Of a stretch of DNA of 62,050 nucleotides, positions 33,605 to 42,394 are shown piece after piece (the stretch's first letter is position 1; every line of letters begins with the position of its first letter). This DNA comes from Patescibacteria group bacterium (GTDB lineage: Bacteria > Patescibacteriota > Microgenomatia > Levybacterales > UBA12049): contig JBBTVO010000011.1 in the NCBI GenBank assembly GCA_038063195.1, forward strand, positions 1 to 62,050, read 5' to 3'. A program made the position numbers and the translations under genes. The notes beneath the pieces are model-generated. The model was given only the letters and a program-made list of their open reading frames with translations, made no database searches and was not told the DNA's origin.

Positions 33605-33714
33605 ACTTTTAAATTTTCAATTTTTAATTTTAATTGAAAACTTCAAATTTTAAATTTCAAATTAAATTCCGTCGCCTATTGACGTAGGACGACCAATAAG
33701 TATACGATAATTGT

Positions 33715-34980
33715 GTGAGAAAGTTTCTGCTCTTCATTCTTTCTTTTTATATATTCCTCTCTTTTTTCTATACAAAAACTTTCGCAAGCTATACTGTAAA
33801 GGCTGATCCTCCAGTGACATCTGCTAATCCATTTAACGGACAACCTACCCACAAATCTGCATTGCAAATATTTAAAGACTTAAGTCTTTCAGCTCAATCC
33901 CCTATTATTACCGAGAACACAAACACAGTCACAATTAACTTCGAAAACCTTGGACAAAATAAAGAATATGTAGTTTGGGCAGGAAAAGAGGATTTCCTTG
34001 GCAAATATTCTTCTTCGGCAGACAGAAAGCTAGATTTTGCAGTCTGTGGCTGGGGAAGTATACTTAAATTAGCTGACAAAGACAATCCTGGTACAGGAAA
34101 ATGTGCAGATGATGATTATTTCCACGCTGGAACTTATACTCTTCAAATATGTACTGACGAGGAATGTAATAACGTTGTGGAGTCTGTACCCCTTTCTGTG
34201 GCTCGTTACTATCCTGATTTTATAATTAGCGAGAAAGATCCTGTTACAGTAACTTTAATTGGATTAAGAAAACGAAACGACGACGGAGGACGAAATAATT
34301 ACTCAATAGAAATCTCCCGTATGTCAGACCTTGGTAAAGAAATTGAAGAACACTGCACCACAGTTAAGCCTGACGGAACCAATGATCCCCCAGTTACTTT
34401 CAAATCTCTTGAGCCTGGCAATTATGAACTTAGAATTAATGAAAGGCAGAAGGAGGGGAATTCATTTACCCGCGCATTTGGCAGTGATTGTAATACTGGT
34501 TTTACTTATTACTCTGTCCGGCTGTTTGTTGGATTAGATGGAGCAATAAAGGTAGAAGAGGTTATCGCTGATCCATATGGTCAGGATGTCGGAGGACAAG
34601 AGCGAAAAGATTATAAAGCTCCGAATGCGCCATGCGAAGTAGATCAGAAAACCGGAAAAGGAAAGTGTCCTACCGGTCTTGGTATATCTATAAATACAAG
34701 CCCAGGTGGCTTCGTCAGGTCTGTATTTGGGCTTATCTTAAGTATCGCAGGCGGAATTGCGCTTCTTCTTATAATATACTCCGGATATCAGCTAATTACA
34801 TCTCAAGGCACTCCTGAAAAGCTTGAAGCAGCCAGACAGCAGCTTGTTTCAGCAATTGTCGGACTCTTGTTTATAATTTTCGCACTGGTTATTCTTCAGG
34901 TAATAGGGGTAGATATTTTGCAAATTCCTGGTTTTGAACCAAGCACTACGTCTCATTCCCAAAAATCAGCGGCACCTTAA
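33715..34980 (+). CDS. secreted protein with large N-terminal domain fused to a C-terminal VirB2/TrbC-like T4SS pilin module
   Basis: GTG start. Signal peptide ...FFYTKTFA. The C-terminal ~90 aa (LILSIAGGIALLLIIYSGYQLITSQGTPEKLEAARQQLVSAIVGLLFIIFALVILQ) is paralogous to the three small pilins downstream. Confidence 0.7.
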   Translation: MRKFLLFILSFYIFLSFFYTKTFASYTVKADPPVTSANPFNGQPTHKSALQIFKDLSLSAQSPIITENTNTVTINFENLGQNKEYVVWAGKEDFLGKYSSSADRKLDFAVCGWGSILKLADKDNPGTGKCADDDYFHAGTYTLQICTDEECNNVVESVPLSVARYYPDFIISEKDPVTVTLIGLRKRNDDGGRNNYSIEISRMSDLGKEIEEHCTTVKPDGTNDPPVTFKSLEPGNYELRINERQKEGNSFTRAFGSDCNTGFTYYSVRLFVGLDGAIKVEEVIADPYGQDVGGQERKDYKAPNAPCEVDQKTGKGKCPTGLGISINTSPGGFVRSVFGLILSIAGGIALLLIIYSGYQLITSQGTPEKLEAARQQLVSAIVGLLFIIFALVILQVIGVDILQIPGFEPSTTSHSQKSAAP

Positions 34981-34983
34981 ATT

Positions 34984-35310
34984 ATGATTGTAAAAAATGT
35001 TGATTATTTAGCACTTAAACTAGGGGACACAGAAATTGGTGCGCCGGGAGGAATCCCAACTGGGGGTACAGGCACAGGTCAAAAAATAATCCAAACAGGA
35101 ATAACACTTTTGTTTATATTTGCCATCATTCTTGCCCTTTTCTATATCGTGCAGGGTGGAATTCAGTGGATAGTATCAGGCGGAGATAAACAGCAGATAG
35201 ATCAGGCAAGACTGAGAATTACATATGCAATAGTAGGTCTTGTTATAGTTCTTGCCGGGTTTTTCATAGTAAATCTAGTTTCCGGAATTTTCAAGATAAA
35301 TTTTTTCTAG
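34984..35310 (+). CDS. VirB2/TrbC-like T4SS pilin paralogue
   Basis: 108 aa. Two TM helices flanking a conserved WIVSGGDKQQIDQAR loop. Confidence 0.7.
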   Translation: MIVKNVDYLALKLGDTEIGAPGGIPTGGTGTGQKIIQTGITLLFIFAIILALFYIVQGGIQWIVSGGDKQQIDQARLRITYAIVGLVIVLAGFFIVNLVSGIFKINFF

Positions 35311-35361
35311 CAAAAGTAGCTCTTGACAAAGTAAAAAATTCATAATAGCATTAACTTAAGC

Positions 35362-35790
35362 ATGAAGAAATTTATTCCAGCCATTGCCCTCTCAACATAT
35401 CTTCTAACTCCCGCTGTTGCTTTTGCTCAAACGAGTGTATCAACATGCCCGCCTGGTCAATTTAATGTCCTTTGTGGTTTTACAGCTAGCAGCTTTGGAA
35501 GCGTAGTAAGTACTCTTGTCAGTGTACTTTTTGTAATTGCAGTAGTAATTGCATTGGTATTCTTAATCTGGGGAGGTATAAAATGGATTCTCTCAGGCGG
35601 AGATAAAAGTGCTGTTGAGAGCGCAAGGAATACTATAGTTGCGGCAGTAGTCGGATTGATAATAGTCTTCCTGTCTTACTTTATATTGAATATCGTTCTC
35701 GGATTCTTTGATATTAAGCTTGCAGACCTTAAGATTCCCAAAATAAACCCGGCTGCACCAATTGAAACGCCTGAAACGCCTTCTTTGTAA
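35362..35790 (+). CDS. VirB2/TrbC-like T4SS pilin paralogue
   Basis: 142 aa. Signal peptide ...PAVAFA, then two TM helices flanking WILSGGDKSAVESAR. Confidence 0.7.
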   Translation: MKKFIPAIALSTYLLTPAVAFAQTSVSTCPPGQFNVLCGFTASSFGSVVSTLVSVLFVIAVVIALVFLIWGGIKWILSGGDKSAVESARNTIVAAVVGLIIVFLSYFILNIVLGFFDIKLADLKIPKINPAAPIETPETPSL

Positions 35791-35837
35791 TCTCTTCTAG
35801 TCTTGCCTTTTTTTTCCTTCCCTGCTAATCTAGTTAT

Positions 35838-36149
35838 ATGCCATGGACAGACTGTCTTTCCCCAGAAGGGGTAGCAACCCTTAACTGCATCCCTATTGTT
35901 TTTAGTAACATCGTTAATTGGGCGCTTATACTATCAGGTACGACTGCTTTGTTCTTCGTAATAATCTCGGGCACGAGATACATAAGGTCCGGAGGAGATC
36001 AGGAGAAAATTAAAGGCGCAAGGGAGACTCTGACTTATGCAATAATAGGGTTGGTTATTATCCTACTTTCGTTCGGCATAATAAATTTCATAAGCTATGT
36101 TACAAACGTCGAATGTATAAAGCAATTTGGTTTTGGAAACTGCACATGA
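35838..36149 (+). CDS. VirB2/TrbC-like T4SS pilin paralogue
   Basis: 103 aa. Two TM helices flanking YIRSGGDQEKIKGAR. Confidence 0.7.
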   Translation: MPWTDCLSPEGVATLNCIPIVFSNIVNWALILSGTTALFFVIISGTRYIRSGGDQEKIKGARETLTYAIIGLVIILLSFGIINFISYVTNVECIKQFGFGNCT

Positions 36150-36153
36150 AGCA

Positions 36154-36350
36154 GATACTAGATACTAGTTGTTAGATATTAGCATTTAGTTAATAATTTC
36201 CAGACTATTATCTAGTATCTATTACCTATTAACTGTCAGGTTTTCACAGCCAGCTTCAATTCTCAGAAATTTTGACACATTTTGATTATCTTGCATTGAT
36301 ATTTTTCACATAGTTAAATAGATAATAGATACTAGTTACTAGATATTAGT
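36154..36350. repeat. TAG/ACTAG-rich repeat blocks upstream of the second four-helix-bundle gene
   Basis: gatactagatactagttgttagatattagc...tctagtatctattacc... and tagataatagatactagttactagatattagt. The terminal 14-mer tactagatattagt is inverted at 36722-36735. Confidence 0.75.
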
Positions 36351-36358
36351 AAATACAA

Positions 36359-36733
36359 ATGGCAAGTATTAAATCATACAAGGACTTAATTGTATGGCAA
36401 AAATCTATGATTTTAGTAAAAGAGGTTTTTGCTCTAACAGCAAGATTTCCAAAATCTGAACTATATGGAATTATTTCTCAAATCAGAAGATCCGCTATAA
36501 GTATTCCATCCAATATCGCCGAAGCGTTTGGCCGAAGATCTGTTAGGTCAACTGCTCAATTTTATTCAATTGCACTCGGCTCAGCGCTGGAGCTTGAAAC
36601 GCAGCTTCTGATATCACGTGACCTTAAGATGGCGGATTTGCAATATTTTAAACCAAGCGATGACTTATTATTGGAAGTTTGCAAAATGTTGAATTCAATG
36701 ACTGGGAAATTAAAGTTCTCAACTAATATCTAG
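36359..36733 (+). CDS. four-helix-bundle protein (23S rRNA intervening-sequence protein family)
   Basis: YKDLIVWQKSMILVKEVF...FPKSELYGIISQIRRSAISIPSNIAEA. Paralogue of 31822-32202. Confidence 0.85.
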   Translation: MASIKSYKDLIVWQKSMILVKEVFALTARFPKSELYGIISQIRRSAISIPSNIAEAFGRRSVRSTAQFYSIALGSALELETQLLISRDLKMADLQYFKPSDDLLLEVCKMLNSMTGKLKFSTNI

Positions 36734-36750
36734 TATCTAATTACTAATAA
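36722..36750. repeat. inverted copy of the ACTAGATATTAGT repeat, overlapping the stop of the four-helix-bundle gene
   Basis: actaatatctagtatctaattactaataa. Its reverse complement ends ...gatactagatattagt. Confidence 0.75.
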
Positions 36751-36756
36751 CTATTT

Positions 36757-37956
36757 ATGGAAAATCATCCAATACCTCAGGACATTACTGGCTTTCAATT
36801 TAAGCTGATTGGAGATATGACAATCAAACAATTTGCTTATCTTGCTGCGGGCATAATACTTGGCTGGATTACTTATATCCTGCCCATATTTATAATTATA
36901 AAAATCCCGATACTTGTTACTTTTGTAGGACTTGGTGTTGCGGCCGCATTTTTGCCAATTGAAGGAAGACCATTTGATGTAATGATAGGGAATTATTTTA
37001 AGGCGCTCTTGAGCCCTACTCAATATATATACCAAAAAATCGGGGGACATATCTGGTTCCCGGATACACCTATTCAGAATCAGAAAGCTGCCCAAAGTAT
37101 TGCTCCAAGCGATAATGCCGAGTCCTCGAGAAAGCTTAAGGAGTTCTTAAAATCATTACCCCAGAAGCCCAAAAATAAGCTGGATGAAAAGGAAATGAAT
37201 TTCTTAAATTCCCTGGGATTCTCTCCTACTGCTGTCTCAGTTCCAGTTGTAAATTCCGGAAACAGTGCATATGAAAAAATTATATCCCATCATGACCCGA
37301 TAATTCCTCTGCAGATACATCCTGAAGAAAAAAAAGAGCCTGATAAGAATCCTGAGCCAAAACTTAATCACGACGAAACACAACCCGGGAAAGAACCCGA
37401 AAAAGCAAAACTGCCTGAAAAAGTTCAGGAAAGTCTTCCTCAGTATAGTATCGCCCAACAGGAACTACTTTCTCAAAAACAAAACCTTGAAAATCAGGTT
37501 CTTGAGCTAAGAAATAAAATGAGTGCGCAAAACCAAAATATTACCACATCGGACGCTTCAGCTGTAAAACAGGAGAGCCAGACGGTAAGAACAATACCAA
37601 GAAACATGGGAAAAACAGCAGGACTTCCCTTCATGTCTGACGTGCCAAATCTCATAATGGGTATTATTAAAGGGCCGCGGGAAAATCCTCTTTCAAATAT
37701 TCTGGTGGAGGTAAAAGACACAAGCGGCAATCCCGTAAGAGCCTTTAAGACCAATGCTCTTGGCCAATTTTCCTCAGCGACCCCGCTTGGAAACGGAACA
37801 TATACGATATCGTTTGAAGATCCCAAAAGCGAAAATAAATTCGATATAATCGAGATAAAAGCCAATGGAGACGTGCTTATGCCGCTTGAAGTCATTTCCC
37901 TTGACCAAAGAGAAGAATTAAGAAGGTCACTATTTAATCCGGCACAAAAATCATGA
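36757..37956 (+). CDS. PrgI-like (VirB3-analogue) membrane protein with C-terminal carboxypeptidase-regulatory-like beta-sandwich
   Basis: N-terminus IPQDITGFQFKLIGDMTIKQFAYLAAGIILGWITY plus a second TM helix resembles the PrgI family of Gram-positive T4SS. C-terminal ILVEVKDTSGNPVRAFKTNALGQFSS...GTYTISFED. Confidence 0.6.
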   Translation: MENHPIPQDITGFQFKLIGDMTIKQFAYLAAGIILGWITYILPIFIIIKIPILVTFVGLGVAAAFLPIEGRPFDVMIGNYFKALLSPTQYIYQKIGGHIWFPDTPIQNQKAAQSIAPSDNAESSRKLKEFLKSLPQKPKNKLDEKEMNFLNSLGFSPTAVSVPVVNSGNSAYEKIISHHDPIIPLQIHPEEKKEPDKNPEPKLNHDETQPGKEPEKAKLPEKVQESLPQYSIAQQELLSQKQNLENQVLELRNKMSAQNQNITTSDASAVKQESQTVRTIPRNMGKTAGLPFMSDVPNLIMGIIKGPRENPLSNILVEVKDTSGNPVRAFKTNALGQFSSATPLGNGTYTISFEDPKSENKFDIIEIKANGDVLMPLEVISLDQREELRRSLFNPAQKS

Positions 37957-38618
37957 GTAAAACTGCCCAAAAGAAAAATTCAACCACTCAGAAATTTATA
38001 GAAATCGACCACATCGAAGAAGATATTGCACTTCTGTCCGGAAAGCACGCCTGTCTTATAATAGAAGTGAATGCGACTAACTTCGCGCTTTTGTCCAAAG
38101 AAGAACAGGATACCAAAATATTTTCCTATGCTTCGCTTCTCAACTCCCTCTCCTTTCCCATACAGATTTTCATAAGAAGCAAGAAGCTTGATATATCTGC
38201 TTATCTTAAGCTTCTTGAGGCTCAGGCCTCTCAATCACAAAACCACCTCCTTTCATCCCAGATACGTCTTTATAGAGACTTTATTAAAGAGCTTGTTAAA
38301 GTAAATACGGTTCTTGATAAAAAATTCTACATTGTCCTTTCTCACTCATCTCTTGAAAGAGGCGTTCATAATGCAAAAGCTACAGAGAAAAAGAATATTC
38401 CTGCAGATTCTTTCGCTTCAACTGCAAAGACAACGCTTCATTCAAAAGCAGAATCAGTTCTCTCCCAGCTCGCAAGATTGAACCTGCGGGCCAAAACACT
38501 TCAGAAGGAAGAGCTAATAAAGCTTTATTACGAAATTTATAATGGCAGTACTGTTGAGACCAATCAAATATCTGATGATATAAGTACGCCAATAGTCAGA
38601 GGAGGAAATCAGGCATGA
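37953..38618 (+). CDS. T4SS-associated protein resembling a VirB4 N-terminal domain (no ATPase motifs)
   Basis: 221 aa. FIEIDHIEEDIALLSGKHACLIIEVNATNFALLSKEEQ...SLSFPIQIFIRS pattern. Translationally coupled on both sides (ATGA overlaps). Confidence 0.5.
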   Translation: MSKTAQKKNSTTQKFIEIDHIEEDIALLSGKHACLIIEVNATNFALLSKEEQDTKIFSYASLLNSLSFPIQIFIRSKKLDISAYLKLLEAQASQSQNHLLSSQIRLYRDFIKELVKVNTVLDKKFYIVLSHSSLERGVHNAKATEKKNIPADSFASTAKTTLHSKAESVLSQLARLNLRAKTLQKEELIKLYYEIYNGSTVETNQISDDISTPIVRGGNQA

Positions 38619-40618
38619 GTCTTTTTGGGAACAAGAAACAGCCGCAGGAAATAAAAAATCCGACCGTAACTTACCCTGCTCAGCAGCCGGCTCCAAAACC
38701 TGCGGCAATAAATTCTCAGCCACAGCCGCAGCCGCCTGCAAAATCACTTCCGGGAATTGAGAAGCTTGAAAAAGGAATATCATCATTAAATGATATTATT
38801 GCCCCATCATCTATTGAAGTGGACTTTAATTTTATAAGAGTCGGGGATCATTACTACAAGACATTTTTTATAATTGGTTACCCCCGGTTCGTCTCTCCAA
38901 ACTGGCTATCGCCCCTTATTGATTTTGACCATTCAATGAATATCTCAATGTTTTGCTATCCTGCTTCATCAAACGACGTCTTATCAGATTTAAGACGGAA
39001 AATTGCCGAGATGGAAGCAACTCTATCTTCTCAGGCAGAAGAAGGAAAAATCACAGACCCGAAAGTTCAGGCTGCGCTTGAGGACGCGCTTTCTCTTCAG
39101 GAACAGCTAGCAAAAGGAGTCGAGAGATTTTTCCAGTTCGGGCTTTATATAACTCTTTTTTCGGAAAACCTCCAGGATCTTGAGGACTCGGCAAGGAGAT
39201 TAACATCAACGCTCTCCTCAATCCTTCTGATACCCAAGATGACAACGCTTCAGATGGAAGACGGTTTCAAGTCCACAATTCCTGCGGGGCTTGACAGGCT
39301 TTATATAACAAGGAACATGGACACTACATCTCTTGCCTCAACTTTTCCGTTTACCTCAGCAACTCTTACTCAGGACAAAGGCATAATGTACGGAATAAAT
39401 GAGCAGAATGGCTCACTAATAGTCTTTGACAGATTTTCTCTCGAGAATGCCAATGAAATCGTATTGGGAAAATCAGGAGCAGGAAAGTCATATCTTATTA
39501 AACTTGAGGCTCTTAGGCAATTTATGTTTGGCACTGAAGTCATAATAATAGACCCCGAAGGTGAATATGAAGCTCTTTCAAAAACTCTGGGCGGTGAACA
39601 CGTATCATTTACCCCTTCTGACCCTATAAAAATAAATCCATTTGATCTTTCAGGGCTTTATGAAGAAGGAGAAAATGAGCTGGGGCTTAAAATCCTTTCT
39701 CTGCATGGACTCTTGCGGATAGTTATGGGAGAGCTTGGGGCTGCGGAAGATGCGATACTTGACCGCGCGCTGGTTGAAACATATCGGCAAAAAGGAATTA
39801 CAGCAGAGCCGTCAACGCAGAAAAATCAGCCTCCTCTTATGGAAGACTTATATAAGGTTTTGCTTGGAACTGAGGATGCGACGGCAAGAGGCCTGGCCTT
39901 GCGGCTTGAGAAGTTTATTAAAGGAAGCTTAAACGGAATATTCAATCAGCAGTCAAATTTTGATATAACTAATCCATTTACGGTTTTTTCAATAAAGGCG
40001 CTTGAGGAGGAACTGCGGCCAATTGCGATGCATATAATCCTTGACTTCGTCTGGACGAGAGTAAGAAAGAGTCTCAAGAAAAGATTATTAATTTTGGATG
40101 AGGCATGGTATATTATGAAATACGAAGATTCCGCAAGCTTTGTGTATGGAATTGCCAAGCGGGCAAGAAAATACTACCTTGCCCTAACTACGGCAACGCA
40201 GGATGTGCAGGATTTCCTGTCCACCGACTACGGAAAAGCAGTCCTTTCAAACTCATCAATTCAGATGCTTCTTAAGCAAAGTCCCACTGAAGTCGACTTG
40301 ATAAGTAAGGAGTTTTATCTCTCAGAAGGAGAGCGTGAGCTCTTGCTTTCTGCTGATGTTGGAGAAGGACTCTTCTTCGCAGGCCAAAGTCATGTAGTAA
40401 TAAAAGTTATCGCAGCGCCATTTGAGCATACAATTATAACATCTAATCCTCAAGAAATTTTAAAACAGAGAGAAGATGCAGGACAAGCAGGCGAGGCGCC
40501 TACTCAGCCTCAAGCTCCGGTCTCAGCTATTGAACAGATTTCAAAAGAGCCGGCACCCCAAAGCCCTCCAAGTCAACCGCAAGATTCAGCTACACCTCCT
40601 GCGTCTGGCGGGTCGTAG
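38615..40618 (+). CDS. virB4: VirB4/TraC-like T4SS ATPase
   Basis: 667 aa. Walker A GKSGAGKSY, Walker B LLILDEAW. The N-terminal domain pattern (IRVGDHYYKTFFIIGYPRFVSPNWLSPLI) is typical of VirB4 homologues. Pro/Gln-rich termini. Confidence 0.85.
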   Translation: MSLFGNKKQPQEIKNPTVTYPAQQPAPKPAAINSQPQPQPPAKSLPGIEKLEKGISSLNDIIAPSSIEVDFNFIRVGDHYYKTFFIIGYPRFVSPNWLSPLIDFDHSMNISMFCYPASSNDVLSDLRRKIAEMEATLSSQAEEGKITDPKVQAALEDALSLQEQLAKGVERFFQFGLYITLFSENLQDLEDSARRLTSTLSSILLIPKMTTLQMEDGFKSTIPAGLDRLYITRNMDTTSLASTFPFTSATLTQDKGIMYGINEQNGSLIVFDRFSLENANEIVLGKSGAGKSYLIKLEALRQFMFGTEVIIIDPEGEYEALSKTLGGEHVSFTPSDPIKINPFDLSGLYEEGENELGLKILSLHGLLRIVMGELGAAEDAILDRALVETYRQKGITAEPSTQKNQPPLMEDLYKVLLGTEDATARGLALRLEKFIKGSLNGIFNQQSNFDITNPFTVFSIKALEEELRPIAMHIILDFVWTRVRKSLKKRLLILDEAWYIMKYEDSASFVYGIAKRARKYYLALTTATQDVQDFLSTDYGKAVLSNSSIQMLLKQSPTEVDLISKEFYLSEGERELLLSADVGEGLFFAGQSHVVIKVIAAPFEHTIITSNPQEILKQREDAGQAGEAPTQPQAPVSAIEQISKEPAPQSPPSQPQDSATPPASGGS

Positions 40619-40636
40619 TTTAATTATTATTAATTT

Positions 40637-41887
40637 ATGGCACAAAATAATCAAGAAAATGGGCTTGATGATGCTAGAAGACTAGGAGCTGCTTTGCTCC
40701 AGAATGCAGCAAGAAGCGCTGTAAGCGGTTTTGCGGTACCTATTGCAATAGTAATTGCAGTTATTTTGATCGTAACTTTTATTATTCTGCTTGGCGGAGG
40801 CGGTGGGGCAACCCCCGGCCTTGCCAACAACAACACTCCTCCAGTGGGAGACAATCCCGGAAGCCCCCCTGTACCAGCTGGCCCCAATCTAAATTACACA
40901 ATTAAATTCAGGGATACAACTGTCGTTCCTGTAAAAAGCACATCTATCGATGCAATAAAACAGCAATTTCCGAAAGCACAAGTTCAGTATTACGATATAA
41001 TCGTGGATCGCGCAATACAAGCAGGCTGGAATCCAGCTTTTGTTCTTACTCTCTGGATAGAAGAAACAGGCGCTTCCCAGAACACAAAAATAGCCGCAGG
41101 CGGAGCCGGAGTTTTACCAGCGTCTAATGGACACCTTGGGTGCGCTCCATGGGAATTACAGACTATAAACGAAAGTCTTGATTGTCTTTTCAAGAATTTC
41201 TCGGGATATTCAAATGATCAGTTTGAGAAGTTTATGAGGACATATTCAGGAGAGAGCTCCGATTCTGGTCCTTTCGTAAACAACCCAAATTTCCCCGGGA
41301 ATGTTTTGAAATTTTATTCAATGCTCGTCCCTTCAGGCCCAGGAGCCGCAACGGGAACAGGCGGGACGACAGCCGGAATTCAAGTTTCCTGTCCCATCAA
41401 TAAAACCAACAACACCGCTTATTTTACCTGTGGTACAGCTACGAATCCGCGAAATGGCTGCGGACATGGTGTCCCACCTGTATATCCACCGTGCACGCAA
41501 CCACCATACGCATTCTGCCCTTTCTCCGAACAGCTTAAGAATTCTGTAGACATTCAGTTGTCACCCGGAAATGGATCAAATCTACCCGTTTATCTTCCGA
41601 CTATCAACGGGGCATCGCAGCAATGGACGTTTACGGGAGGCACATATATTGACAGCGGTAACGCTTCAAAACAGGCATATGAAACTAATTCTGGAGGACA
41701 TAATATAATCGCAGTATTTACGCATCTCAACCAACGAACTCCTCTTGCAGGAAGTAGGGCAACTTACTCTTCGGGAACAAAGGTTGGCACGACTTTTGCC
41801 GGAAAAAACCACCTTCATGCAGAAATCGTAATTGATGGAATCCCAACAGACCCAATAACTGGAGTTTCAATGTGTACGGGAAGTTAG
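40637..41887 (+). CDS. membrane-anchored putative cell-wall hydrolase (VirB1-like role) with C-terminal M23-peptidase-like motif
   Basis: N-terminal TM helix, Gly/Pro linker, central region AIQAGWNPAFVLTLWIEETG, C-terminal GKNHLHAEIVIDGIPTDP resembling the HLHxE motif of M23 peptidases. Confidence 0.5.
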   Translation: MAQNNQENGLDDARRLGAALLQNAARSAVSGFAVPIAIVIAVILIVTFIILLGGGGGATPGLANNNTPPVGDNPGSPPVPAGPNLNYTIKFRDTTVVPVKSTSIDAIKQQFPKAQVQYYDIIVDRAIQAGWNPAFVLTLWIEETGASQNTKIAAGGAGVLPASNGHLGCAPWELQTINESLDCLFKNFSGYSNDQFEKFMRTYSGESSDSGPFVNNPNFPGNVLKFYSMLVPSGPGAATGTGGTTAGIQVSCPINKTNNTAYFTCGTATNPRNGCGHGVPPVYPPCTQPPYAFCPFSEQLKNSVDIQLSPGNGSNLPVYLPTINGASQQWTFTGGTYIDSGNASKQAYETNSGGHNIIAVFTHLNQRTPLAGSRATYSSGTKVGTTFAGKNHLHAEIVIDGIPTDPITGVSMCTGS

Positions 41888-41902
41888 ATATACTTATAGA
41901 CA

Positions 41903-42394
41903 ATGAGCAGAATTATTAATTATCGTTTTTTACTTCTAGCTTTTTTTGCCCTACTTTTCTTAGGATTAATAACAATAATCTTCTTAAGTATAACAAAAAA
42001 GCCAAAGCAGGTGGAAACATATCCATCCGATCTTTCAAGCGAAGACATAAGAAGAATTACACCAATTGATTCTCAAGATAAAAGAAAACCGTTAAGAATC
42101 TTGGCTGAAACAAAATCAGAAGCCAATTTTGGGATTCAAAAAGCATTTGTGGTACATTTTTCTGAAAAACCTTCGCCTTTTTACTTTTCTTATTCAATTA
42201 CGCCTAATGCAACTATAAGTGCAACTATCGATGAGAACAATATGGTTCTTATGCCCATCCCGCGCTGGGAATCAGAAACAGAATACAAGCTGACTGTAAA
42301 TAAAGATACAAGAGACGTATACGGCAATCTATTGGATAGGAATTACGAATTCAGGTTTACAACTATTCGCGATGAAATCTATGAAATCTATTGA
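41903..42394 (+). CDS. membrane-anchored Ig-like (SbsA/Big-type) domain protein
   Basis: 163 aa. TM helix then a single beta-sandwich-like domain ending YEFRFTT. Confidence 0.5.
   Translation: MSRIINYRFLLLAFFALLFLGLITIIFLSITKKPKQVETYPSDLSSEDIRRITPIDSQDKRKPLRILAETKSEANFGIQKAFVVHFSEKPSPFYFSYSITPNATISATIDENNMVLMPIPRWESETEYKLTVNKDTRDVYGNLLDRNYEFRFTTIRDEIYEIY

Noticed and set aside
33605-33680. A/T-only repetitive stretch (aaattttcaatttttaattttaattgaaaacttcaaattttaaatttcaaatt) considered as a CRISPR or tandem-repeat array
   Set aside because: There are no regularly spaced direct repeats with unique spacers. It contains a 9-bp A/T inverted repeat (ttttcaatt/aattgaaaa) and is more simply a weak terminator or AT-rich promoter-upstream region. 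No CRISPR array was seen anywhere in the window.
27010-42394. Interpretation of the T4SS-like cluster as an integrative conjugative element integrated at tRNA-Ser(GGA)
   Set aside because: No integrase, relaxase, coupling protein or flanking direct repeat of the tRNA 3' end is visible, and the far end runs straight into dnaN. The ICE hypothesis is unsupported within this window, although the rest of the genome is unseen.
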